DNA of 64,000 bases from Blastocatellia bacterium (GTDB lineage Bacteria; Acidobacteriota; Blastocatellia; UBA7656), in the NCBI GenBank assembly GCA_963765495.1, contig CAVXWP010000001.1, positions 640,001-704,000 on the forward strand, read 5' to 3'. The position numbers and the translations under genes are program-made. The notes under the pieces were generated by a model. That model worked only from the letters and a program-made list of their open reading frames with translations. It was not told where the DNA came from and made no database searches. Shown here piece after piece: positions 41,720 to 51,578 of the stretch (positions are counted from its first letter, which is position 1; each line of letters opens with the position of its first letter).

Positions 41720-42874
41720 ATGAAACTGGATATAGCTGTATTGCCGGGCGACGGCATAGGGCCGGAAGTCACAAAAGAAGCCGTAAAGGCACTCGAAAAA
41801 GTGGCCGAAGAGTTTGGCCACGAAGTCGAGGTCAAAGAGTATTTGATCGGCGGACGTGCGCTCGATCAAACCGGCTCGCCTTTGCCTAAAGAGACCATAA
41901 AGGGATGCCTGTCGAGCAAAGCCGTGGTGCTGGGCGCGGTCGGCGGCCCTCAATACGATAATCGCCCGCGCGGTTCAAAACCCGAGGACGGGCTTCTGGG
42001 ATTGCGCCGCGAACTGGGCGCTTTTGCAAATCTCAGACCCGTGATCGTCTATGACGAGCTTTTGGCGGCTTCGCCTCTCAAATCTGAAACGGTCAAGGGC
42101 AGCAACCTGCTCATCGTCCGCGAACTTCTGGGCGGGCTCTACTTTGGCACGCCTCGCGGCTTCGAGAGAAGTTCGAGCGGCCCCTTTCGGGCTTATAACA
42201 CGATGAGCTACACCGTGCCCGAGATTGAGCGCATCGCTCATGTCGCTTTCAAGGCGGCCTTAAAACGGCGGCGCAAAGTCACTTCCGTAGACAAATCCAA
42301 CGTCCTTGAAGCCTCTCAGCTATGGCGCAGCGTTGTCAGCCGCGTAGCCAATGAGTATCCGAATGTCGAGCTTGAGCATCTGCTTGTCGATAGCTGCGCC
42401 ATGCAACTTGTCACAAGCCCGCGCCGGTTCGATGTCGTGCTGACTGAAAACCTGTTTGGCGACATCCTCTCGGATGAGGCGGCGGTGATAGCCGGTTCCA
42501 TAGGTCTGCTCTCGTCGGCGAGCCTTGGCGGGCCGGTCGGCCTCTACGAACCCGTGCACGGTTCAGCGCCCGACATAGCCGGGCAGGGAAAGGCAAACCC
42601 GCTTGGAGCCATAGCATCGGCTGCGCTGATGCTGCGGTATTCGTTCGGACTCGAAGCCGAAGCCTGCGCTCTTGAAAAGGCAATCGAATTGACCATCCGC
42701 CGAGGACTGCGCACGGCAGACCTTGCCTCGGGCGGCGCGTATTCGACTACTACTGAGGTTGGTGATGCAGTGTGTGAAGCTGTTTTCGGGCAGAAACACG
42801 TGGATGCAGAGGCCCGCAGACGCGGAGACGGCGTGAGTCGTTCTGCGCCAAAACATCTGCGCGCAGGCCAGTGA
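41720..42874 (+). CDS. leuB: 3-isopropylmalate dehydrogenase
   Basis: [65 protein letters not shown]. Confidence 0.96.
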   Translation: MKLDIAVLPGDGIGPEVTKEAVKALEKVAEEFGHEVEVKEYLIGGRALDQTGSPLPKETIKGCLSSKAVVLGAVGGPQYDNRPRGSKPEDGLLGLRRELGAFANLRPVIVYDELLAASPLKSETVKGSNLLIVRELLGGLYFGTPRGFERSSSGPFRAYNTMSYTVPEIERIAHVAFKAALKRRRKVTSVDKSNVLEASQLWRSVVSRVANEYPNVELEHLLVDSCAMQLVTSPRRFDVVLTENLFGDILSDEAAVIAGSIGLLSSASLGGPVGLYEPVHGSAPDIAGQGKANPLGAIASAALMLRYSFGLEAEACALEKAIELTIRRGLRTADLASGGAYSTTTEVGDAVCEAVFGQKHVDAEARRRGDGVSRSAPKHLRAGQ

Positions 42875-42904
42875 TTGAGGAGAGCCCAGTGATTGAGGAG
42901 AGCC
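42869..42904 (+). repeat. 17-bp tandem duplication covering the leuB stop and gltB SD
   Basis: CCAGTGATTGAGGAGAG x2. Confidence 0.85.
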
Positions 42905-45900
42905 ATGAAAGATGATGTTCCTGAGCGTTTACTCTATGATCCGGCATTTGAGCACGATGCCTGCGGGGTTGGATTTGTGGCCGATATACAGGGCCGCGCA
43001 AGCCGCCAGACTGTTGAGACGGCGCTTCAGGCTATCAGCAATCTCAGCCATCGCGGCGCAGTGGATGCCGACGGAAAAACCGGCGACGGCGCAGGCATAC
43101 TCACTCAGATACCGCGCAAACTGTTTCTAAGGGAGGTTGAAAAACTCGGCTACGCCCGCCCGATCCCCGAAGACCTCGCAGTAGGAACCTTCTTTCTCCC
43201 CCGCGATGATAAAGACATCATAGTCAGTTGCAGGCGGATTGTTGACAATGCCCTCGAGCGTTACGGGCTTGTCCGCTTCGGCTGGAGACATGTGCCTGTG
43301 GATGAAAGCGCGCTGGGAGAGAAGGCCGCCTCGACCGCGCCGCTGATAAAGCAGGTTCTGATCGGTCGCGGATATGTGTCGCTTTACGATTACGAGCACA
43401 CGCTCTATCTGGTGAGAAAAGAGATAGAGAAAAACGGCTTGAGCCTGGATGGGTTCTACGTCTCGTCGCTATCGAGCCGGACCATCGTTTATAAGGGGCT
43501 CTTCGTAGCCACACAACTGAAATCTTTCTATCGTGATTTAAACGATCCCGATTATGAATCGGCGCTAGCGGTTATACATCAGCGATATTCGACAAACACT
43601 TTTCCAAACTGGTTTCTCGCGCAGCCGTTTCGCCTGCTTGCGCACAACGGCGAGATAAACACACTGGCGGGCAATCGCAACTGGATGCGAGCGCGCGAGG
43701 CCGAAATGAGTTCGACCCTTTGGGGGCAGCGAATCGAAAGATTAAAACCCGTGATATGGGAAGGCGGGTCGGATTCCGCGAGCCTCGACAACGCGCTCGA
43801 ACTGCTGACGGCGAGCGGGCGCGATGTGCTCCATTCGATGATGATGCTCGTGCCCGAAGCCTACGAGAGCGCGCCCGATATGAGCGCGGAGGTGCGAGGC
43901 TTTTACGATTACGCGGCGTGCCTTATGGAGCCGTGGGACGGCCCGGCGGCGCTCGCCTTCAGCGACGGCCGGTTTGTGGGCGCGGCCCTTGATCGAAACG
44001 GCCTGAGGCCAGCGCGTTATGTGGTCACAGATGACGGCCGAATCATCATGGCCTCTGAGGCAGGAGCCGTCGAGGTTCCGGCTGAAACGATAGTTGAAAA
44101 TGGAAGACTCGGCCCCGGGAGGATGATTGCCGTAGACACCGAGCGCGGCCTCCTGCTAAAAGACGAAACCATAAAGACCGAGAGGGCCACACGCAAGCCT
44201 TATCAGGATTGGGTACGTCGCTCGATGGTAGTCTGCCCGGCTAATTTTGGTGTCGCGGGCGCTTCGCCTTCTGATGAAGCAGATCTCGCCGTTCGCATGA
44301 AGAGCTTCGGGTACACGCTCGAAGACGTGCAGCGAATCATCGAGCCTATGCTCACGGACGGCAAAGAGCCCGTCGGTTCGATGGGCGATGATACGCCGCT
44401 CGCGGTGCTCTCGGCCAAGCCCCGGGTGCTTTATAACTATTTCCGGCAGCGATTCGCGCAGGTAACAAATCCGGCGATAGACCCTATACGCGAACGACCT
44501 ATCATGTCGCTTGAGACGCTTATTGGCCCGCGCAAGAGCCTGCTCGAAGAGACCGAAGCGCACGCAAGAGTTATAAAGCTCAACAGCCCCGTGGTGACCG
44601 ATGCGTGTCTTGACTGGCTCCGCAGAGGCAACTGTCACGGGCTGCAATCGGTGACGCTTGCGGCGCTTTATGGCAAGCGCGGCGGCGACAAATGGATGGA
44701 GCAGGTGCTCGACGCGCTTTGCGAGCAGGCGGTCGAAGCTGTGAGCGAGGGCGCATCGATTCTGATCCTGAGCGACAGGGGCGCAAGCGAATTTCAAGCG
44801 CCGATCCCAATGCTTTTGGCCGTCAGCGCCGTGCATCATCACCTGATCCGCGAAGGCAAACGCATGCGCGTGAGCCTGATAGCCGAAACGGGCGAGGCGC
44901 GAGAAGATCATCATTTCGCCTGCCTGCTCGGGTACGGTGCGAATGCCGTAAATCCCTATCTGGCCCTTGAGGTCGCGGCGCTTGAAATCAGCAAGCGCGG
45001 TATGAGCGTCCCCGGCGCGCTCAGAAACTATAAGGCGGCGGTCGAAAGCGGATTGCTCAAAATCATGGCAAAGATGGGAATTGCGACCGTGGCGAGCTAT
45101 TGCGGCGCGCAGGTCTTTGAAGCCATAGGTCTTGACGAAAAGTTTGTTGAAAAATATTTCATGGGCACTCCGTCGCGCGTAGGCGGCGTCAGGCTTCGCG
45201 AGATAGCGCGCGATGTTTTGCGCTTTCATCGGGCAGCCTTCGGACAGAGCGAAAAGCCCCGGCTTGAAGACGCCGGATACTATCGCTATCGCTCGGGCGG
45301 CGAGTATCACGGCTATAACCCGGCGGTCTTTCGCGCGCTGCACAAACTGGCGAAATCCGGCACACCCGATGAGTACGCAAACTACCGCGAACAGATCAGG
45401 AAACGGCCTCCTATGGGTTTGCGCGATCTGCTCGAATTTCAAGCCGGGACGCCCGTCCCTCTCGATGAAGTCGAGTCTGTCGAAAGTATCGTTCGCCGCA
45501 TGTGCACTCCCGGCATGTCGCACGGGGCGCTTTCGCGTGAAGCGCACGAAACCCTGGCCGTAGCCATGAATCGAATCGGCGCGAGAAGCAACAGCGGCGA
45601 GGGGGGAGAAGACCCGGACAGATACCACCCCCGCACAGACGGAGACTGGGCCAACAGCCGGATCAAGCAGGTGGCTTCGGCGCGATTCGGCGTCACTCCC
45701 GAATATTTGATCTCGGCCGATGAGCTTGAGATAAAAATCTCGCAAGGCTCAAAACCCGGCGAGGGCGGGCAACTGCCCGGTCACAAAGTCACTGCCGAAA
45801 TAGCCGCGATACGCCATTCGGTTCCGGGCGTGACCTTGATTTCGCCGCCACCCCATCACGATATTTACTCGATTGAAGACCTGGCGCAATTGATCTATGA

Positions 45901-47428
45901 CCTCAAGCAGATCAATTCACGCGCTCGCATCGCGGTCAAACTTGTCTCCGAAGCGGGCGTGGGAACGGTCGCCGCCGGAGTCGCCAAGGCTTATGCCGAT
46001 GTCATTCACATTTCGGGGCACGATGGAGGCACGGGCGCTTCACCTCTTGGCTCCATAAAAAATGCGGGCACGCCCTGGGAACTCGGGCTCGCGGAGACTC
46101 AGCAGGTTCTGATGTTGAACGACCTGCGCGGGCGGGTGCGGCTCAGAGTTGACGGCGGATTGAAGACGGGCCGCGATGTAGTGGTCGCGGCCATGCTGGG
46201 TGCCGAAGAGTTTGGGTTCGGGACGGCTGCGGTCGTCGCGCTCGGATGCGTGATGGCCCGGCAGTGCCACCTGAATACCTGCCCCGTAGGCATCGCGTCT
46301 CAGGATCGGGGCCTGCGCGAGCGTTTCGCCGGAAAGCCTGAGATGGTCGTGAATTATTTCCTCTCCGTGGCCGGTGAAGTGCGCGAGATACTTGCCCGTC
46401 TGGGCTTTCGCTCTCTTGAAGAGATCATAGGACGAAGCGAGCTGCTTGTTGAAAGAACCGATCTGCAATTGCCCAAGCGCGTGAGCCTCGATCTGCTGCC
46501 GATAATCACGCGGGTCGATCCGGGGGGCGAACGCCCGCGTCAATCCACGCAGCGACGAAACAGCGAGCCTGGCCCTTCGCTTGGCGACCGCGTTTCGCTT
46601 GAAACTCAAAAGGCTGTAGCCGAAGGCCGGCCCATCGCGCTCGACTACCAGATCAGAAATACGGATAGAGCCGTGGGCGCGCGTGTCGCGGGCGAAATAG
46701 CCCGTCTGCACAAAAGCGCAGGACTCAGGGACAGGCTGATCGACATAGTCTTTCACGGCACCGCAGGTCAGAGCTTTGGCGCTTTCACAATCTCGGGGAT
46801 GCGCCTGACCCTCGCGGGCGAAGCCAATGACTATGTAGGCAAAGGCATGGGCGGGGGCGAGATCATCATCCGACCGCCGGACGGGGCGCAGTTTGCGTGG
46901 TCCGAGAATGTCATCCTCGGCAATACGGTGATGTACGGAGCGACGGGCGGTTCTCTGTTTGCGGCAGGGCGGGCGGGCGAGCGGTTCTGCGTCAGAAACA
47001 GCGGCGGCATCGCCGTAGTCGAGGGAGTCGGAGACCACGGTTGCGAATACATGACCGGAGGCACGGTTGTAGTGCTTGGAGAGACCGGGCGTAATTTTGC
47101 GGCGGGGATGACCGGAGGCGTCGCCTACGTCCTGGATGAGAAGAGTAGTTTTCAGCGTAACTGTAATCACGAGCTTGTCGAATTGCGGCAGGTTGAAAGT
47201 CGCGGCGATATGCAGACATTGCGCGTGCTTATCGAGCGCCACTATGAATTGACGGGAAGCCCCCGCGCCCGCGAAGTGCTCTGGCACTTTGACAGCTATC
47301 GGCCCCTTTTCTGGAAAGTCGTCACACAGGGGGCCGAGCTTCAGACAAAGCTTGCCGGGGCCCGGACTCATCCGGGCCGCGCGGCCGATGAAGCGATACC
47401 GCTCCGTTCAAAGTCAAATGCCGGATAA
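42905..47428 (+). CDS. gltB: Glutamate synthase large subunit (no adjacent gltD)
   Basis: EHDA-CGVGF N-terminal nucleophile, HQRYSTNTFP, EPWDGPA, FAQVTNP, IKQVASARFGV, GSKPGEGGQLPG.KV, CVMARQCHLNTCPVG, GXGXG C-domain. Confidence 0.96.
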   Translation: MKDDVPERLLYDPAFEHDACGVGFVADIQGRASRQTVETALQAISNLSHRGAVDADGKTGDGAGILTQIPRKLFLREVEKLGYARPIPEDLAVGTFFLPRDDKDIIVSCRRIVDNALERYGLVRFGWRHVPVDESALGEKAASTAPLIKQVLIGRGYVSLYDYEHTLYLVRKEIEKNGLSLDGFYVSSLSSRTIVYKGLFVATQLKSFYRDLNDPDYESALAVIHQRYSTNTFPNWFLAQPFRLLAHNGEINTLAGNRNWMRAREAEMSSTLWGQRIERLKPVIWEGGSDSASLDNALELLTASGRDVLHSMMMLVPEAYESAPDMSAEVRGFYDYAACLMEPWDGPAALAFSDGRFVGAALDRNGLRPARYVVTDDGRIIMASEAGAVEVPAETIVENGRLGPGRMIAVDTERGLLLKDETIKTERATRKPYQDWVRRSMVVCPANFGVAGASPSDEADLAVRMKSFGYTLEDVQRIIEPMLTDGKEPVGSMGDDTPLAVLSAKPRVLYNYFRQRFAQVTNPAIDPIRERPIMSLETLIGPRKSLLEETEAHARVIKLNSPVVTDACLDWLRRGNCHGLQSVTLAALYGKRGGDKWMEQVLDALCEQAVEAVSEGASILILSDRGASEFQAPIPMLLAVSAVHHHLIREGKRMRVSLIAETGEAREDHHFACLLGYGANAVNPYLALEVAALEISKRGMSVPGALRNYKAAVESGLLKIMAKMGIATVASYCGAQVFEAIGLDEKFVEKYFMGTPSRVGGVRLREIARDVLRFHRAAFGQSEKPRLEDAGYYRYRSGGEYHGYNPAVFRALHKLAKSGTPDEYANYREQIRKRPPMGLRDLLEFQAGTPVPLDEVESVESIVRRMCTPGMSHGALSREAHETLAVAMNRIGARSNSGEGGEDPDRYHPRTDGDWANSRIKQVASARFGVTPEYLISADELEIKISQGSKPGEGGQLPGHKVTAEIAAIRHSVPGVTLISPPPHHDIYSIEDLAQLIYDLKQINSRARIAVKLVSEAGVGTVAAGVAKAYADVIHISGHDGGTGASPLGSIKNAGTPWELGLAETQQVLMLNDLRGRVRLRVDGGLKTGRDVVVAAMLGAEEFGFGTAAVVALGCVMARQCHLNTCPVGIASQDRGLRERFAGKPEMVVNYFLSVAGEVREILARLGFRSLEEIIGRSELLVERTDLQLPKRVSLDLLPIITRVDPGGERPRQSTQRRNSEPGPSLGDRVSLETQKAVAEGRPIALDYQIRNTDRAVGARVAGEIARLHKSAGLRDRLIDIVFHGTAGQSFGAFTISGMRLTLAGEANDYVGKGMGGGEIIIRPPDGAQFAWSENVILGNTVMYGATGGSLFAAGRAGERFCVRNSGGIAVVEGVGDHGCEYMTGGTVVVLGETGRNFAAGMTGGVAYVLDEKSSFQRNCNHELVELRQVESRGDMQTLRVLIERHYELTGSPRAREVLWHFDSYRPLFWKVVTQGAELQTKLAGARTHPGRAADEAIPLRSKSNAG

Positions 47429-47550
47429 CGTGTGAGATGAATTGGAAATGCATTTGAATGGTTGGGAAAGCGGCCTATTTAAGCCTCACAAGCCTCGCGC
47501 GTTTCGGTTTCAAAGGTATCCGTAGCAGGATGAAAGGCAAATATTTAGTT

Positions 47551-49164
47551 ATGAAAGTAAGGGTATACGACACTACGCTCAGGGACGGGACTCAGGGGGA
47601 AGGCGTCTCTTTTTCCGTTGAAGACAAGTTGATGATCGCAGCCAAGCTTGATGAGCTTGGCATTGATTACATCGAGGGTGGCTGGCCCGGCTCTAACGTA
47701 AAAGACGCAGAGTTTTTTCTGCGAGCGCGTTCGCTCAAGTTAAAGCACGCGCGGCTGGCTGCCTTTGGCAGCACCTGCCATCCGCGCAATCGCGCCGAAG
47801 ACGACCCAAACTTGAGAGCCTTGCTCGAAGCCGAAACACCAGTGGTCACTATCTTTGGCAAGACGTGGAATTTGCACGTGACGAAGGCGCTCGGCATCCC
47901 TCTTGAAAAGAATCTGGAGTTGATACGCGATTCTATAGCCTATCTGAAATCGAACGGGCGCGAGGTGATTTACGACGCCGAGCATTTCTTCGACGGGTTT
48001 TCCGCCGACCCGGATTACGCGATTCAGACGCTGCTTGCGGCTGAAAGCGGCGGAGCCGATTATATAGTGCTGTGCGATACAAACGGCGGCACGTTGACTG
48101 CACGCCTCACATCTGTCATCCGAGAAGTTGGAAAGAGTGTGAGCGTGCCGCTCGGCATTCACACACATAACGACTCAGACCTTGCGGTCGCAAATACGAT
48201 AGCTGCGGTCGAAACGGGAGCGCGTCAGGTGCAGGGCACCATAAACGGCTATGGCGAGCGATGCGGGAATGCCAATCTCTGCTCGGTCATTCCTGCGCTG
48301 GAACTGAAACTCGGATACGAAACCATAGGGCGTGCGCGACTGGCCACTCTCACTCACGTATCGCGCTATGTTGCGGAACTTGCCAACCTGCCGCATCGCT
48401 CTGATCTTCCTTTTGTAGGCCGGAGCGCATTTGCTCACAAGGGCGGAATCCACGTGAGCGCCGTTATGCGAGACCCCGCGACCTATGAACACATTGACCC
48501 GGAGCTTACCGGAAACAGCCGTCGCGTGCTTGTCTCTGACCTTTCGGGCAAGAGCAACATCCTGTACAAGGCGGCGGAGATGGGCATAGACATTGGCGGA
48601 AATGAAAGCAGTTTGCAGCCCGTGGTCAAGCGAATAAAAGAGCTTGAGCACGAGGGCTTTCAATTCGAAGCAGCGGAAGGTTCGATAAGACTTATGCTCG
48701 AACGGGCCGTGGGCGCTTATCGGGATCACTTCGATTTAGAGGGCTATGAAGTTGCGACCGAACGCGGCGTAACCGGCACGCTTAGATCACAGGCCACGGT
48801 AAAGGTTTCGTTGAACGGGGAGATAAAAGAGGCGTCTGCCGAAGGGTGCGGGCCGGTCCACGCTCTGGACTGCGCGCTGAGACGCGCGTTGAGCAGCGAG
48901 TTCGAATGTTTGAATGATGTTCATCTGACGGATTACAAGGTGCGCGTGCTCGATGCCGACAAGGCTACGGCGGCAAGGGTCCGCGTGCTGATACAGAGCC
49001 GTGACGATACGGAAACGTGGAGCACGGTTGGAGTATCGGAAAACATCTTAGAGGCAAGCTGGCAGGCGCTTGCCGATTCGGTCAACTACAAGCTGCATAA
49101 ATCTCATAGCGGGAATGCGGAGACCGGGCGCGAGCATTTGGAGGAGGTCGCCAATGTCTTTTGA
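47551..49164 (+). CDS. cimA: Citramalate synthase
   Basis: [73 protein letters not shown]. Confidence 0.92.
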   Translation: MKVRVYDTTLRDGTQGEGVSFSVEDKLMIAAKLDELGIDYIEGGWPGSNVKDAEFFLRARSLKLKHARLAAFGSTCHPRNRAEDDPNLRALLEAETPVVTIFGKTWNLHVTKALGIPLEKNLELIRDSIAYLKSNGREVIYDAEHFFDGFSADPDYAIQTLLAAESGGADYIVLCDTNGGTLTARLTSVIREVGKSVSVPLGIHTHNDSDLAVANTIAAVETGARQVQGTINGYGERCGNANLCSVIPALELKLGYETIGRARLATLTHVSRYVAELANLPHRSDLPFVGRSAFAHKGGIHVSAVMRDPATYEHIDPELTGNSRRVLVSDLSGKSNILYKAAEMGIDIGGNESSLQPVVKRIKELEHEGFQFEAAEGSIRLMLERAVGAYRDHFDLEGYEVATERGVTGTLRSQATVKVSLNGEIKEASAEGCGPVHALDCALRRALSSEFECLNDVHLTDYKVRVLDADKATAARVRVLIQSRDDTETWSTVGVSENILEASWQALADSVNYKLHKSHSGNAETGREHLEEVANVF

Positions 49165-50101
49165 TAAATCGGAATGGGTCTGGATGAACGGCGAGGTGAT
49201 CAGATGGCAGGATGCCAACGTGCATGTTTCCGCCCACGGCCTCCATTATGGCAGCGGCGTCTTCGAAGGGATGCGTTGTTACGAAACCGAAGAAGGGCCC
49301 GCCGTCTTTCGCATGGACGCGCACTTTGATCGCTTTTACTCTTCCGCCGAGTTTTATGGAATCGAAATTCCTTACACTCGCGCCGAGCTTGAAGAGGCGG
49401 TATGTCAGACCATCTGGCGCAATGATTTCGGCAGTTGTTATGTGCGCCCGATCTGCTATTACGGCAGCGCAAGCCTCGGCGTACATCCGCGCAGCTGCCC
49501 CGTCGAGGTTGTGATTCTGGCGTGGCCGTGGGCGGCTTATCTGGGCGATGATGGTTTGAAGACGGGAGTGCGCGTGACGGTCTCTTCGTGGACCAAGTTT
49601 CACTCGCGAATGATGCCTACGACGGCAAAAGCCTGCGGCGGGTATTTGAACTCGATGCTTGCCGTGCGCGAGGCCATCAAGGGCGGGTATGATGAAGCCT
49701 TGTTGCTTGATGCCGATGGCAACATCGCCGAAGGATCGGGCGAGAATCTGTTCATAGTCCGCGACAACCGGCTATTGACCAATGACGAGCGATCTTCTAT
49801 TCTGCTCGGCATCACGCGCGATGCCGTTTTACAGATCGCCGATGATTTCGGATATGAAGTTGAAGTCGGACCGATACGTCTGGAAGATTTGCTTTCGGCT
49901 GATGAAGCCTTTTTCACCGGCACGGCCGCAGAAGTGACTCCTATACGCGAAGTTGACGGCGCTCAGATAGGCATCGGCGCGCGAGGCCCTGTAACGGAAA
50001 GGATTCAGGAAGCCTTCTTTGCCGCCACCGCCGGGCGGGAGTCGCGATACAGAGACTGGCTCCATTTCGTTGCCCGGCAACCGGCGGAAGTTTGCCTGTG
50101 A
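49154..50101 (+). CDS. ilvE: Branched-chain amino acid aminotransferase
   Basis: [55 protein letters not shown]; SD GGAGGAGG. Confidence 0.95.
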   Translation: MSFDKSEWVWMNGEVIRWQDANVHVSAHGLHYGSGVFEGMRCYETEEGPAVFRMDAHFDRFYSSAEFYGIEIPYTRAELEEAVCQTIWRNDFGSCYVRPICYYGSASLGVHPRSCPVEVVILAWPWAAYLGDDGLKTGVRVTVSSWTKFHSRMMPTTAKACGGYLNSMLAVREAIKGGYDEALLLDADGNIAEGSGENLFIVRDNRLLTNDERSSILLGITRDAVLQIADDFGYEVEVGPIRLEDLLSADEAFFTGTAAEVTPIREVDGAQIGIGARGPVTERIQEAFFAATAGRESRYRDWLHFVARQPAEVCL

Positions 50102-50125
50102 AGTCTCTGCGTCTGAGAGGATTAA

Positions 50126-51079
50126 ATGGAGTTGATGCAACTTGAGATGTTTGTGGCGATGGTCGAAGAGGGCAACTTTCACAAGGCGGCCGAGCGGGTG
50201 TTCCGCACTCAACCGGCCCTGAGTATGGCCTTGCGGAAGCTTGAGCAGGAGATTGGCGTGCCGCTTTTCGACCGCTCTAATCGCAACGCGTATTCGCTGA
50301 CCGATTCGGGAGATGTGCTCTACGATTATGCCAAGCGGCTGCTCAATCTTCGCTACGAAGCCACTCAGGCTCTGGAACAACTGCATAACCTTCAAAGCGG
50401 GCGCATACGTCTGGGCGCAAACGAGAGCACGAGCCTCTATTTGCTTCCGATGCTCATTCTGGCGTTCCGCGAAAAGTACCCCAAGATCAAGATAGAAGTC
50501 TTTCGCCAGATTTCAGCCAAACTTCCGCAGGAGCTTCGCCAGCGCAATCTCGACATCGCCATTCTGTCCTTTCTGCCTGATGATTCCGACCTCGAAGCTA
50601 TGCTTATCCAGCGTGATGAACTGGTCTTGATAATGAGCCCCGAGCACCGGCTCGCAAGCCATGATCGCGTTCACATAAAAGACCTCGGCGCAGAGAGCTT
50701 TATCGCACATAACGTGCGTTCCCCGTCGCGAGAAAAGGTCGTAGAGGCCTTTCGACGGTTCCAGACGCCGCTCAATATAACAATAGAAATTGCCACCATC
50801 GAAACGATAAAACGCTTTGTGATGCGTGGCCTCGGTCTGGCATTCGTGCCGCTGATGTGCGTGCAGGAAGAGGTCGAGCGCGGCGAGTTGCACGTGCTGC
50901 CCGTGGACGGGTTCCGCTATGAGCGCTCGCTGTGGGTGGTGCGCCGTCGCACCGATGCTCATTCTCATGCGGCCAAGGCTTTCATAGAGGTTGCGGGCTC
51001 GATGGCTGAAAAATTATTGCGTGACTGGCAAACGCCCCCTGCGAATGAAGAGAAGCCGGCCCCCAACGTGGTCAATTGA
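50126..51079 (+). CDS. LysR-family transcriptional regulator
   Basis: N-terminal HTH F.KAAE...TQPALS...RKLEQEIG.PLFDR; LysR substrate-binding domain. Confidence 0.95.
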   Translation: MELMQLEMFVAMVEEGNFHKAAERVFRTQPALSMALRKLEQEIGVPLFDRSNRNAYSLTDSGDVLYDYAKRLLNLRYEATQALEQLHNLQSGRIRLGANESTSLYLLPMLILAFREKYPKIKIEVFRQISAKLPQELRQRNLDIAILSFLPDDSDLEAMLIQRDELVLIMSPEHRLASHDRVHIKDLGAESFIAHNVRSPSREKVVEAFRRFQTPLNITIEIATIETIKRFVMRGLGLAFVPLMCVQEEVERGELHVLPVDGFRYERSLWVVRRRTDAHSHAAKAFIEVAGSMAEKLLRDWQTPPANEEKPAPNVVN

Positions 51080-51213
51080 CCGCCCCGCCCTGATGACATA
51101 ATACAATAATGAGGGGCATCGCCAAGAGCCCGACAATTTTGTAGATATGAGCCGTAAAGACTTACGGGTTGAAGCGCAATCCTAACCGGGGCGGTATAAA
51201 TAGGCCAGTACGA

Positions 51214-51316
51214 ATAGGCCACGGATGAACGCGGATCAGGCGGATTTACACGGATTAAATCATATAAGGTCTAATCCGCGAAAATCCGCCTGATCCGCGT
51301 TCATCCGTGGCCTATT
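51214..51316. repeat. ~100-bp REP-like palindrome (CGGAT family; partial copy at ~25448-25474)
   Basis: AATAGGCCACGGATGAACGCGGATCAGGCGGATTT ... AAATCCGCCTGATCCGCGTTCATCCGTGGCCTATT. Confidence 0.85.
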
Positions 51317-51528
51317 TCTATTTGCTCAATATTCAAATTTAACTCCATCAAGTTCCTGCCAACTCATTTTAGCCCATTGCCTAACTTACGATTTTGTCGG
51401 TCCTTGCCTTTTCATCCAACATGATTGTAGATTTCGCAAGCCTTCCTCTTCTGCCTGCCTGAGCCTTTAAGTCCAGTAACCCCTTTAATAATAATTATTT
51501 ACCATTAGACATTAACAGGCGCGCCTGC

Positions 51529-51544
51529 TGGTACAGATATTGCT
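51529..51544 (+). promoter_or_regulatory. Sigma-54 (-24/-12) promoter of the glnD-glnK-amtB operon
   Basis: TGGTAC-AGATA-TTGCT matches TGGCAC-N5-TTGCW; preceded by an AT-rich tract; 35 nt before glnD. Confidence 0.75.
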
Positions 51545-51578
51545 CCGCTTACGGGTGGCTCGTTAAATACAATCTGGG

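Noticed and set aside
44156-47371. Long antisense ORFs (529 aa and 443 aa; also 60120-61247, 10432-11334, 35854-36744)
   Set aside because: Shadows of conserved GC-rich genes on the opposite strand; no recognisable motifs or SD.
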